A DNA stretch of 64,000 bases from the NCBI RefSeq assembly GCF_009914755.1, contig NC_060935.1. One strand, given 5' to 3'. Below the pieces are notes generated by a model. That model searched no databases and was not told the DNA's origin. It was given only the letters and a program-made list of their open reading frames with translations. This stretch comes from the human T2T-CHM13v2.0 reference genome, Homo sapiens. A program made the position numbers and the translations under genes. Positions within the stretch are counted from its first letter, which is position 1; every line of letters begins with the position of its first letter. Below are positions 1 through 20,686 of the stretch, one piece after another.

Positions 1-2248
<2,248 letters not shown>

Positions 2249-2607
2249 GGCGAAGTCACTTTGTGGTCATGAAGTGGCTTCATCTATGTCTCATTCTAAA
2301 CATAGCTTACTTTCTGCTGGTAACAGCACAGTCTGAATGCCAGAAAAGCCATCTTTCACTTTCTTGATAGTCCTAAACTTCAGTCCTAAACTTCACGTTG
2401 ATGTTGATTATAGAAAGCATCACCATTTGAGGGATATTAAAATGTGGGGGAAATATTCACTCTAGGTTGGATGAAATAAGATTCTTGCTGTATTACCTTG
2501 GGCAAGTAATCTAACCCTTTAAGCTTCAACTTCTTGCTCTATAAGCTGAGAATAATATGACCTAAAAGAAATAATGTCTACTAATTGGGTGGTACAATAC
2601 TGGGTGT

Positions 2608-4016
<1,409 letters not shown>

Positions 4017-4439
4017 TCATGAGGGTTGCTATAGAAGAGGGAGATGCACATTCCATGTCACAGAAGTAAAAGCTCACCCAGAGTGTGGTTATAGGGCAGC
4101 AATGTCATGGCAACTGGACTCTGGTCTTGGGGCTCTCAAGGGATTGCTGTGTGTCCTTGGAGAGGGTCACAAAATCTCCGGACTCCCGTGCCAAAAATGG
4201 AAATCATACCCATCAGGGTGGTTTATGTCCGCTCACAGTCCACTCTGCTTCTCTTCTTTGCCTTCCCAGAAGGGTCCAAAATGGTTTTTGAAAGAAACGA
4301 TGAGCCGGACTAAGAAAACAGATAATGTGCCCACGGCCACGGAGCTGGCAGATGAGAAGGAATTCGGTCTCTGCGTTTCCATACCAAGGCCCTTTCCACT
4401 CACCCACCGCTTCTCTTCCTGCCCGGGGCATCTGCTGGC

Positions 4440-5700
4440 GGAGGAAGGCTTGTCCACGGAAAGGCAAAAGCGACTCCCGATCAAAATCCGGGGGCACCTG
4501 GTAGCGCTCTCCACGCCAGCAGAAACGCCCAACTGACTTCTTAATGGAGGGAAACCCCGGGCTTGGCCCGCAGACTGAGGGGCCCGCGTTGCGGGTTTTG
4601 GGGGCCCCTCTGCCTCTGCGCACCGGGTGGCCCCGGGTCCCCTCGGCCCTTCCCGCCGCCTCCCGGGTCCAGGGTTTCTAACGGGGCCGCGTGCCCGGGG
4701 CGGGGCCACGCGCGATTGGCCGCGCGGCATCGGGGGCGGGTCCGCGGCTGGCCGGCCGGGCGGGCGCCGACAATGAGCCTCCATAAAAGGGAGCGGCGGG
4801 GGGCAGGGGCCCCGGATTGAGCCCTCCCCGCCCGGGCTCCCGACGCGCCGAGGTCTCGGGGAGGCCCGGACGCGCCGGTCGCAGGCCCGGCCGGCGAGCG
4901 GCGGGCGGGCGGCGGGGAGGGGGCTGCGCGGGGCGGGCGGCGGGCCCGGCGCTATTCCGGCCAGGAGGCGGGAGGCGGTTGCCGGCTGCGCGCCGAAGCC
5001 TGCGCGCCAGTCCTCCGGCCACTGCTATCGCCCACGGCCGCACCATGGCCCTAAAGGCCGAGGGCGCCGCACTCGACTGCTTCGAGGTGACGCTGAAATG
5101 CGAGGAAGGGGAGGACGAGGAGGAGGCCATGGTGGTGGCCGTAATTCCGCGGCCCGAGCCGATGCTCAGAGGTGAGGATGGAGGGGATTCCACTTCCGCG
5201 TCACGGTGCGGGGCCGGGGCTGGGGCCGTCCCTCCCCAGTCGGGGTCCGGGACCCGGGCACCTTCTCACCCCCTTCAGCCTTGGGGCCCAGGTTTCCCTC
5301 TCGGATCTGGGTCCAGGGCGCGCTCTTGCACCTCCCCCACCATGGTTTAGAAGCTCAGGCCTCCTCGATTTCCCCCTCCCTTCCCCTTTCCCCCGCCCAG
5401 GGTCTGGAGACTTCGATCCACGCCCCGCACGCTCCGGATCTTCCGGTGCCCAAGCGCCCCCTCTCCCGGGCCCAGCACCAGAGGCCGGATCCCCAGAGGC
5501 GCTGGGTGGTTGCGGCCGCCGTCTCACAGCCTGGGAAGGGGAGGCAAGCACAACGGCCGGGCTGTGTTCTAGTCCGAGGGGCGGCGAAGCCTCTAGGCCG
5601 GAGGCTACAGGCGGGCGCCGCTGCCGACCTCCAGGAGAATTTTAAGGGCTCTCCGAGCATAACGCTTCCCTGCCCACCACCCCGCTTCATTCCCATTCCC
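4440..5700. promoter_or_regulatory. SPINDOC: CpG island and promoter of SPINDOC
   Basis: Very high GC/CpG density. GC boxes at ~4697-4705 and ~4733-4740, inverted CCAAT (ATTGG 4715-4719) and a TATA-like CATAAAA (4782-4788) upstream of coding exon 1. Confidence 0.9.
5045..5171 (+). CDS. SPINDOC: SPINDOC (Spindlin1 docking protein, C11orf84) coding exon 1
   Basis: Strong Kozak (accATGg); encodes MALKAEGAALDCFEVTLKCEEGEDEEEAMVVAVIPRPEPMLR; donor G|GTGAGG, phase 1. Confidence 0.95.
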
Positions 5701-6284
5701 GGGCCTTCCACTTGCAGGAGCCACAGGTGTCAAGTTCTGGAGAGAAGGGATGAATGGGACTGCATACAACAGCTAGTTTGGAAAAGCAGTGCAGTGCTAG
5801 AACGAGATTAGCTTTGGGAGGGGATGGGAGGAACAATCTCAGAACACTCGCTCTCCCCTCCCCCTTCACCGATTTCTAGTCCTCAGGAGCTTGCAAACCG
5901 TAAGAAAACAAAGAGCCATCTTTGTGGGAGACTTAATATGCATGAAAATGCAAATATATTTCCATTCTCCCACCCCGCTTTTCTTAGGCGGGATAGTACC
6001 CAAAAGAGGTTGAGAGCAGCAATGCCATTCATTGAACTTCAGCCGAACAGAATGATGTCTGCCTGCACTGCCTGTCATCCTTTTTGGAACTGGAAGGGTT
6101 ATAAAATTCATGAGGGAAATAAAGGTCACCTCCCTTCTCGGAGCATTTAGTCCAAAAGATAGGTTGTTTTCCTACTTCTGCTAATATTTGTTGAGTGTTC
6201 ATTGGGCATTGTCAGAGGCTGTCTCAGTTAATCCTCTCAACCCTGCAAGGGTGGCCTTATCCCCACTGTTAGGGCAGGAATAGA

Positions 6285-7030
6285 CAGGTGAATTCATTCA
6301 ACCAATATTCACTGGACGTCTACTTTAGGCTGTTTAGGCTAGTGTTTTTAGGCTGGGAAGTAGTAGTAAACAGAGCAACCGAAACCCTGCTCTTGAAGAA
6401 CATATATATACCAATGGCTAAAGACAGAGAAATAGGTTCATGTATAGTATGTTGGGTGGCAATAAATGGTTCAGAGATCACTAAAGCAGGAAAAGGAGAA
6501 AGAGGAGGAATGGGTATTTAATTGAATATATCGAGTGGTTCAGAAAGGGTTTTCTAATAAGGTGAATTTTGAGCACAGACCCGAAGGAAGTGAGGATGCC
6601 AACCTTGCAGATATCTGCAGGAAGAGCATTTCAGGCCGAATAGCAAGTGCAAAGGTCCGGCAGCACAAGCTTCTGGAAAGATTTCGGTGGAGAGAGGAAG
6701 AAAGATTGAATTCAAGGTTTTTGGCCTGAGCAACTGGAGGAAGAGCCTTCCCATTTTCCGAGATGGGGAAGGCTGCGGTGCTCTTGGGAGACTGGGAGTG
6801 AAAGTTTGAATATGATTACGTTTGAGATGCCTATTTATGACATATTCAGGTGGAGAGGTCAACTAAGCAGTCAGATACATGGGCCTAGATTTCCTGGAAG
6901 TATCTAGCTAGTGGCGTAAACAGAAATTGCCAGCAGGCAGACAGTGGGAAGAGAAGGAAGTAGAGAAGTGTCTAAGGACTGAGTCCTGGGAAACTCCAGT
7001 GATGGCAGGTTGGAGACCGAGTCAGTCCCT
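6285..7030 (-). mobile_element. L2 LINE 3' fragment
   Basis: attcattcaaccaatatt tail and typical antisense L2 body (tttgagatgcctatt...acatattcaggtggagaggtcaa). Confidence 0.7.
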
Positions 7031-7126
7031 CATCACACATTACTAAATGCCACTGCATGCGAGGAGATACAGATACAGATGCTGGAGATACAGATGCAAA
7101 ACATCAGAAATCTGTATGGTCATGGA

Positions 7127-8738
<1,612 letters not shown>

Positions 8739-9162
8739 TTACCTTCCTCATCCTCAAGAAAGTGTAGAAGTCAGATTTGGATGAAATCTATTGTCAGGGA
8801 TTGGGGTTCTGGAAAGCTTCGCAGGGATGATGTTGCCCAGCCCAATTAGGGTGGTCTGGACAGATGTGCAAAGGCTGGAGACCTGCAAGAATGCAGCCTG
8901 TTGGGAAAGTATGTGTAGTTAGTCCTAAGGTCCAAGACTAGATCAAGAGGAAGTATAGACGCGAGAGTCGTGGGATCCCGGGCACATCGGCTGTGTTGAG
9001 TGTGGCGTGTGCCTCATGGGCTCCAGGGGAAGGAAGAAGAACACTTTGGCCAGAAATGCTCTCCTCCCCCATCCCACTCAAACCACTGAGTCTGGAGACG
9101 TGCTAAGTGTTGTTGGTTGTGGGCACCTTTAGTGATAACACCCTCCCCCTCTCCCCTCGCAG

Positions 9163-9492
9163 TGACCCAACAGGAGAAGACCCCACCGCCTAGACCCAGC
9201 CCGCTAGAGGCAGGCAGTGATGGCTGTGAGGAGCCGAAGCAGCAGGTGTCTTGGGAGCAGGAGTTCCTGGTGGGCAGCAGCCCAGGAGGCAGCGGGCGGG
9301 CACTGTGCATGGTGTGTGGCGCTGAGATCCGGGCACCCTCGGCCGACACAGCTCGCTCGCACATCTTGGAGCAGCACCCTCACACCTTGGACCTGAGCCC
9401 TTCTGAGAAGAGCAATATCCTGGAGGCCTGGAGTGAAGGGGTGGCCCTCTTGCAAGACGTGAGAGCTGAGCAGCCGTCCCCACCCAACTCAG
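9163..9492 (+). CDS. SPINDOC: SPINDOC exon 2 (C2H2-type zinc finger)
   Basis: Pyrimidine tract + cgcag acceptor; 330 nt; VTQQEK...CMVC-x14-H-x4-H...PPNS; donor G|GTAGTT. Confidence 0.95.
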
Positions 9493-9573
9493 GTAGTTGG
9501 TCCTGGGGCTGGCGAAGGGAGAAGTCGGACTTGTTGGGGCACTAGAAGCTCATTGTGCTCTTGCTCCCTGCAG

Positions 9574-9723
9574 ACTCGGGCCAGGATGCCCACCCAGACC
9601 CAGACGCCAACCCAGACGCTGCCAGAATGCCAGCCGAAATCGTCGTTCTCCTTGACTCTGAGGATAACCCATCCCTCCCTAAAAGGAGCCGGCCCAGGGG
9701 ACTCCGCCCCCTCGAGCTTCCTG
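9574..9723 (+). CDS. SPINDOC: SPINDOC exon 3
   Basis: ctccctgcag acceptor; 150 nt; DSGQDAHPDPDANPDAARMPAEIVVLLDSEDNPSLPKRSRPRGLRPLELP; donor G|GTTAGT; keeps the frame. Confidence 0.92.
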
Positions 9724-9884
9724 GTTAGTCAACAGAGAAGCCAGTGAGCCCCGGTGGAGGTGGGGGTTTGGGGACAGGGTGAAATACAGGCCCTGTGTTC
9801 TGGGCAGGTATCTTCAGGAGCCCTGGGGTGGCAGGGTTCGGGGATGGCCTCTTTAAAAGGGTATGAGGTCTTTTCTTTTTGCAG

Positions 9885-10010
9885 CTGTCCCTGCCACAGA
9901 GCCAGGAAATAAGAAGCCCCGTGGTCAGAGATGGAAGGAACCCCCAGGGGAAGAGCCAGTCAGAAAGAAAAGAGGCAGACCTATGACCAAAAACCTGGAC
10001 CCTGACCCAG
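9885..10010 (+). CDS. SPINDOC: SPINDOC exon 4 (basic RKKRGRP motif)
   Basis: ttttctttttgcag acceptor; 126 nt; AVPATEPGNKKPRGQRWKEPPGEEPVRKKRGRPMTKNLDPDP; donor G|GTGAAG. Confidence 0.93.
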
Positions 10011-10159
10011 GTGAAGGGGAGGCCCGGGGGAGGCGTGGGCTCTGGCCGCAGTGCTCTGAGGAAATCCGCATCAGTGAGGATGGAGCAGGGCCTGGGCGCA
10101 GGGCGCCTGCAGCTCCTGAGGCTTTTTCACTCACAGTTCCATCCCGTCCTCCCTTCCAG

Positions 10160-10360
10160 AGCCCCCATCGCCAGACTCGCCCACGGAGACTTTCGCAGCA
10201 CCAGCCGAGGTCCGACACTTCACTGACGGCAGCTTCCCCGCCGGCTTCGTCTTGCAGCTCTTCTCCCACACCCAGCTCAGGGGCCCAGACAGCAAGGACT
10301 CACCCAAAGACAGGGAAGTGGCAGAAGGAGGCCTTCCCCGGGCGGAGAGCCCCTCTCCAG
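10160..10360 (+). CDS. SPINDOC: SPINDOC exon 5 (SPIN1-docking segment)
   Basis: cccttccag acceptor; 201 nt; EPPSPDSPTETFAAPAEVRHFTDGSFPAGFVLQLFSHTQ...AESPSP; donor G|GTGAGC. Confidence 0.93.
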
Positions 10361-11466
10361 GTGAGCCCTCCTGAGAGGGAAGCACAGTAGGGACCTCGCA
10401 GGCAGCGCTCCTGGGCCAGGCCTCAGAGAGGCTGCTCTATGGCAGAGCCCACAGTAGGGGTGGGTGGGGTGGGTGGGGTGGGTGGTGCTCAGGTTTCCTG
10501 GTACACGGGGCCGGGGCAGGGGATCTGAATGATGAGGAAGGCTGGCCTGAAAGCTGAGCTTTTCTTTTTCTGTTTGTTTGTTTTTTGAGACGGAATCTTG
10601 CTCTGTTGCCCAGGCTGGCATGTAGTAGCACAAGCCCGGCTCACTACAACCTCTGCCTCCCAGGTTCAAGCAATTCTCCTGCCTCACCCTCCCTAGTAGC
10701 TGGGATTACAGGCGTGCGCCACCATACCCGGCTAATTTTTGTATTTTTAGTAGAGACAGGGTTTTCCCATGTTGGCCAGGTTGGTCTCAAACTCTTGACC
10801 TCAGGTGATCCAACTGCCTTGGCCTCGCAAAGTACACCACGCCTGGCCTATTTTTTTATTTTTTATTTTTTGAGACAAGAGTCTTGCTCTGTCGCCCAGG
10901 CTGGAGTGCAGTGGCGCGATCTCGGTTCAGTGCATCCTCTGCTTCCCAGGTTCAAGCGATTCTCCTGCCTCACCCTCCTGAGTAGCTGGGATTACAGGCG
11001 TGTGCCACCATGCCCAGCTAATTTTTGTATTTTTAGTAGAGACAGGGTTTCGCCATGTTGGCCAGGCTGGTCTCGAACTCCTGACCTCAGGTGATCCACC
11101 TGCCTCAGCCTCCCAAACTGCTAGGATTACAGGCGTGAGCCACCGCACCTGACCAGGTGGGCTTTTCTTAGTGTTTCCTTGTTTCCTGGAATTGGTCACT
11201 GGGTCCGGGTAGGCCAGTGTTTCCCAGAAGCCTGATACTGATTTCCACACATGCAGTTTGTTCTAGCTAGAGCCTGAGGGGTGCCCACCTTACCCTGGTG
11301 GAGCTGAGGCCCAGATGGGGCCACTCAGCAATTCAGTTAGGTGTCCAGAGAATAGATAAGATGAGCAGTGGACAGACACCTCCAGGGGACACCAGCTCAG
11401 TAAATTGCCTCATAACAGCAGTAAGTGCTTGTGTTGTTTGGGCTCCTACTGAGTTTAAGAAGCTTA

Positions 11467-11790
<324 letters not shown>

Positions 11791-11901
11791 TTATTTGGCC
11801 CTTACAAAAATAACTTGTATAGAAGGGCAGATGTCCATTCCTTTTTCCAAAAGGGAAAACCATTTCTCAAAGAAATGGTTCCTTCTTCCCCATGGTCCTT
11901 A

Positions 11902-12850
<949 letters not shown>

Positions 12851-14921
12851 ATGACCCAGCAGACAGAATTAGGATGAGACTGGAATGTAGTCCAGCAGGG
12901 CAGAGACCAAGCCTAGTCCTCTGTTCACCTCTCCATGCCAAGCATAGTTTACAGGCGCTCAGGAAATGCTTCTTGAAGAAGTGAATAGGTAGGAGTGCAC
13001 GTCTCCTTGTACCAACTTGTCTGAAATGTGTGTTTGAAACTAGAGCCATAGAATGATGGCCAACGAGGTGGCTGGAGGCTCTCCTGAGAGTAGGGCTCTC
13101 AAAAAGCAGGTGTGCTTTTGTTTTTGTTTTTTGAGACAGAGTCCCTGCCCAGGCTGGAGTACCATGGCGCCATCATAGCTCACTGCAACCTCAAACTCCC
13201 AGGCTCAAGCAGTCCTCCTGCCACAGCCTCCTGAGTAGCTGGGACCACAGGTGTGCATCTCCACACCAGGCTAATTCTTAAATTTTTTGTAGAGACAGGT
13301 TTTCACTGTGTTGCCCAAGCTAGTCTCCAACTCCTGGGTGCAAGCAGTCCTCCCACCTGGGCCTCCCAAAGTTCTGGGATGACAGGTGTGCTTTTTTGCA
13401 TAAAGAAAAAAGCCTTGGCTAGGCACAGTGGCTCACAGACCTGTCATTCCCAGCACTTTAGGATGCCAAAGTGGGAAGATTGCCTGAGGCTAGGTGTTCG
13501 AGACCAACCTGAGCAACATAAGGAGACTCCATCTCTAGAAAAATTTTTTAAATTAACTGGGCATGTTGGTGTGCACCTCTAGTCCCTACTAAGACTAGAG
13601 GCTAAGGCAAGAGGATCACTTGAGCCCAAGAATTTGAGGTTGCAGTAAATTCTGATTGTACTCCAATCAGATTGTACTACTGTACTCCAGCCTGGGCAAC
13701 TGAGCTAGACTGTCTAAAAAAAAAAAAAAAAAAAAAAAAGAAACAAAGAAAAAAGGCAGCGTATTATGTACTCCTTTAGTCACACTCCACTCACCCCTCA
13801 CAAAGTTTTTCTTTGTGTTCACTGCTATACCACTCTTAATTTGGTTTGTATCCTTCAGAGAGAGCTCTCTGTGTGTTTGCGTGTGTGTGTAGTTGCTTTT
13901 GTTTATTTGCCTAAATTTGAGCCCCCCGTTTTCTGATCTCGAGGCAGGCCTCACCCCTTCACGTAGATCACAGTTTTAACTGTCTCAAGTTTCAGCTTGA
14001 GTCACATTCCAGTCCTGGCTCCCTGAGACCGAGTGTGCTGCTTGGACTTGAGCGTGTCCCGAGTCTCCTGGTCCTCTCCGGTGGATCCCTGCTCTAAATG
14101 GCTGACCTCTTCCACTGTCTAATGGGTCTTCTGATTTCATTCTCGAAAGGGAGCCCTCATTTCAAGTCCTGGGGTACCCTGTGCGCAAACTCCATCTATC
14201 TGGAGTGGTGAGTAGATGAGAAGAGAATCCCTGAGATTCTAGGTTTCTTTGGGGTGAGTGGGCAAAGTCTGAGAGGAAGGGGCTTCAGCAGGCTGCTTGA
14301 GTGATCTGAGGGGGCGGAGGCAATTGTAGGGTGTTGTCAGCAGTGGCAGCCTTCGTGGAGGTTGGAGATGCCTGGGAAACCATAGAGGATACCTCACTGG
14401 TACACAAGTGTTCCTGGAGCCTGTGCCCGAGGGAGGCACCCTGGGAGATGGCATGAGTGAGACAGCCTTTGTCCCCCAAAATTCTGTGTCCAGGTATATA
14501 GGCTGGAGGCAGTAAATCTTTAAAAACCAGGGGCCCCCGTGGCGGTTCTTTGCGGAGCAGAGGCTCTGGACCTGTGGTTTCAGACGATCTCACGAACCCA
14601 AAGCTTGGACAGATTTCTCAGAAACCTGTGAGGCTTCGACCAAAATGTCTCTACTTTCTGTGTTGTTATGTACGTATTGAAGTTCTCTGAAGACTTTATT
14701 TAAATAAAGATCCTGCCACTTTAAAAAAAATTAGAGGTGTAAAAATCGTGGATTTAACAGTTGGAAAAGGCCACCTGTGGTCAGGTTAGCTGAGCTGATG
14801 AATGTGAATGTGAGGTAGTCCAGGAAGACTCTAGAACCTTCTGAGGACCTTGCCAGAGGAGGATGGGGAGAGTGTGCAGGCCAGGAGAGGAGGTGGGCCA
14901 CAATGACCCACTGACAAGTAA

Positions 14922-15137
<216 letters not shown>

Positions 15138-15240
15138 TAGTAGAGACGGGGTTTCACTGTGTTAGCCAGGATGGTCTCGATCTCCTGACCTCGTGATCTG
15201 CCCGCCTCAACCTCCCAAAATGCTGGGATTACAGGCGTGA

Positions 15241-15390
<150 letters not shown>

Positions 15391-15449
15391 TGAGTAGCTG
15401 GGATTACAGGCGTGCGCCACCACGCCTGGCTAATTTTTTTGTATTATTA

Positions 15450-17012
<1,563 letters not shown>

Positions 17013-17319
17013 GGGTTCAGTGTTCCTTCAGGGAGCCTATAGTTTATCAGGGAGACAAACTGTGTTCTGGGAACACAGAATAGCATTTGGTAGGTGATAA
17101 AAATGGGGTGGCAGCCACTAAGTCATTTTAAATTCCAGCACATCGCACAGCAAAATTGTACCTGTTTTCTGTGCCACATTTTAAATAATCGTGTCTCTAA
17201 AAACAGGGTAGAAAAGGAACACACACAAATAAATCCTTCCCAATATAGACAGTGCAGTAGTTGAAATCACCATTTTCTGTTTTTGCCTTTCAATGTAATG
17301 TAACTTTTTTTTTTTTTGA

Positions 17320-17421
<102 letters not shown>

Positions 17422-18286
17422 TGAGTAGCTGGGATTAGAGGGGTGCACCACTATGCCTGCCTAATTTCTTTGTATTTTAGTAAAGGGGTTCTCCATGTTA
17501 GCCAGGCTGGTCTCAAACTCCTGACCTCAAGTGATCTGCTCACCCTGGCCTCCCAAAGTGCTGGGATTACAGGCATGAGCCATCATGCCCAGCCCTAATG
17601 TAACGTAACCTTTGCACACGTCCCTGTTGCGTGCTCGTTTTTTATGGCTGCACGCAGCCACGGCAGTCCTCAGTCCTCTTTCCTCTGCCTCGAGGCCCAG
17701 CTTTGCCCATTATGAGTGCCTTCTCCATACTGGTAAGGTGGACACCTGGTCTTGGTGATGTAGGTGTTGACACTCAGGAGATAAAGAGCCTGGTGGAAGT
17801 TCGCCAGGGGTCTTTTCTGTCCCCCACGTAGTCCCTCATGAGCTCCTTGGTGGGCACAGCTATGCCTTAGACTGCTTCTGGGTGTTCCCACCCCATCACC
17901 TCTGCCCCACTCAGGCAGAACCCGTTAGGCTAGGATGCCCAGTAAGTTTGAGATAAAATGGAGTTGGCTGCAGGTAGGAGTTACAGGAAGAGGCACGAGC
18001 ACCAGGCGTCCCTGTGCCAAAATACACACAGGAGGAAGGCTGCCTGGCTTCAGCTGGCTTGTCCCTAGGGAGGCTGTGCGCCTCATTTTCTAGCTGGCAG
18101 CAGTCCTCGATCACCCAGGAGTGGAGCTCCCTGCCATCCTTGGGCTTCCCCTCATGCCAGGCACTGGGCTGTGGACATAATGAAAGCCCTGGAAATGTGG
18201 GTACAGTTTGCGGAGCTTCCAGGGGGCATCCTCGTGGTGGGGTGTCTGGGGGGCTCTGACTGCTCTCTGCTCTCATCCCTGCCCAG

Positions 18287-18498
18287 CTCCCCCTCCGGGG
18301 CTCCGCGGGACACTGGATCTCCAGGTTATCCGCGTGCGGATGGAGGAGCCCCCAGCGGTCAGCCTCCTGCAAGACTGGTCCAGGCACCCCCAGGGCACCA
18401 AGCGTGTGGGAGCAGGTGACACCTCAGACTGGCCCACAGTTCTGTCAGAATCCAGCACCACTGTGGCAGGGAAGCCGGAAAAAGGGAATGGAGTGTAA
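18287..18498 (+). CDS. SPINDOC: SPINDOC exon 6, coding part to stop
   Basis: ccctgcccag acceptor; APPPGLRGTLDLQVIRVRMEE...EKGNGV*. The six segments total 127+330+150+126+201+212=1146 nt = 381 aa + TAA. Confidence 0.93.
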
Positions 18499-19052
18499 AT
18501 TCTTGCTTTCCTGGGGAGGGAGGGAGGGATGAGGCAGCGTCCCCCAGTGGCTTATAACTCAGAGCTGCCTGGCTCACCCACCTGGTGGAGAGAGTAGAAA
18601 CAGGTGCCAGGGCAGGAGGGGGCTGGGGCAGCATCCACTGTTATTTCGGGGCACTGGAAAGTGTCTGTTCCTGGCCAGGCCTGAGGTCGGCGAGGGTGGC
18701 TGAGGCTGTTGTGCAGTAGGGCACTGGGCCTGTGGAGAACACCTACCCCAGTCCTTCGCTGACCCCCACCTCTGTTTGTCCCCCATGACCTCCTCCCACC
18801 CTCCCCCTGCTCCCCACCATTCTCCCTTGGCACAGTGCCTTACACAAGAGTGGTCATAAGGGGGTTTGAACTGAGTCCCACTACCTCGGGGGACACCTCT
18901 CCTCCCCACTTGTTCAGGCTTCTAAACCAGGAGGCCTCCATTACCTCTTCCTGTCCCACCCCTGCAGAGGCCTGAAGCTGGGCCTGGGCACCCCATTCAC
19001 TCCCGTTCTCATTTACATCTGTTTTCCTGTTGTATATATCACCTTTGTTGAC

Positions 19053-19058
19053 AATAAA
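19053..19058 (+). terminator. SPINDOC: SPINDOC polyadenylation signal AATAAA
   Basis: AATAAA about 555 nt after the stop, preceded by TGTA and U-rich sequence and followed by a T-rich tract. Confidence 0.85.
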
Positions 19059-19457
19059 TTATTTTTTTTTATTAAGAGTTCCGTCTGGGCCATCATTGGG
19101 GGAGAGGGTTTGCTAGCAGGATACCTGGCCACCTAGAGCAACCCTGAGGGGCAGGAGGGTTGGAAGATGGTCCTGGGGGGAGCCAGGGAGCCACCTCTCC
19201 TGAAGGTGGGACAGCACCAGGGCAGGCCTCTGTGGAGCCCAGGAACGAGGGCTGACTTGTGCTATCAGTCACCTGTGGGCGTCTCACCCCCTCCCTTCCT
19301 CTCTGCTCTGGAAAGGGGGTCAGAAACAATTTTCTTTAACATTGTACCTTCTGGCTCACCTGGTAGGCCTCTGCCCAAAAGAGGTCACTGTAGAAGCCCA
19401 GGGGTGCTCACAACCAGGGAGCTGGGAATTAGCCTGAGCTTGCTTGCTTGCTTTTTC

Positions 19458-19488
<31 letters not shown>

Positions 19489-19490
19489 GA

Positions 19491-19797
<307 letters not shown>

Positions 19798-20267
19798 TGA
19801 AGTGGCGGTAACCAGCTTGCAGGTAGAAAGATGCCTCTCCTCCCTTTCCGTATGATGGTGAGGGGCACAGGGGTCCTAAACTCAGCCCCGCCTTTTCCAG
19901 CCCTACAGGCCTGCACCCTCAGCTGTCCACCTTCATCCCCCCCAACCCTTGGCTTAATTAAACCCAAACGCTTGCTGGTTTCCCCTATTCCCTGGATCAT
20001 GAGGAGGCCACTTTTGGTCTCTTCACCGGATTCCTTACCTTCCTAAACTAAACCAACAGGGGCCAGATCTGTGCGTGGTTTTCCCTTTGGTGAGATGGAG
20101 CACACAGGCAGCCCCTTCTCAAACCCCAGCTGTACTGTCCTGTTTAGAGCCCATGGCAGGTGTGGTAAGCAGGACTGTATACCTCTGCACATGCTGACAA
20201 ATGTGCACATAGGAGAAGTGGGGGCACAGGTGGGACTTGGAGGGCAGCTATTCCTGTAGGACGCTGA

Positions 20268-20686
<419 letters not shown>

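Noticed and set aside
2369-2394. 13-bp tandem duplication AGTCCTAAACTTC x2
   Set aside because: Ordinary slippage with no supporting context.
4102-5811. Many overlapping 110-200 aa ORFs on both strands
   Set aside because: Expected stop-codon scarcity in a CpG island; only 5045-5171 fits the spliced gene.
9493-9573. 81-nt intron 2 as an in-frame retained intron
   Set aside because: It contains an in-frame TAG at 9543-9545.
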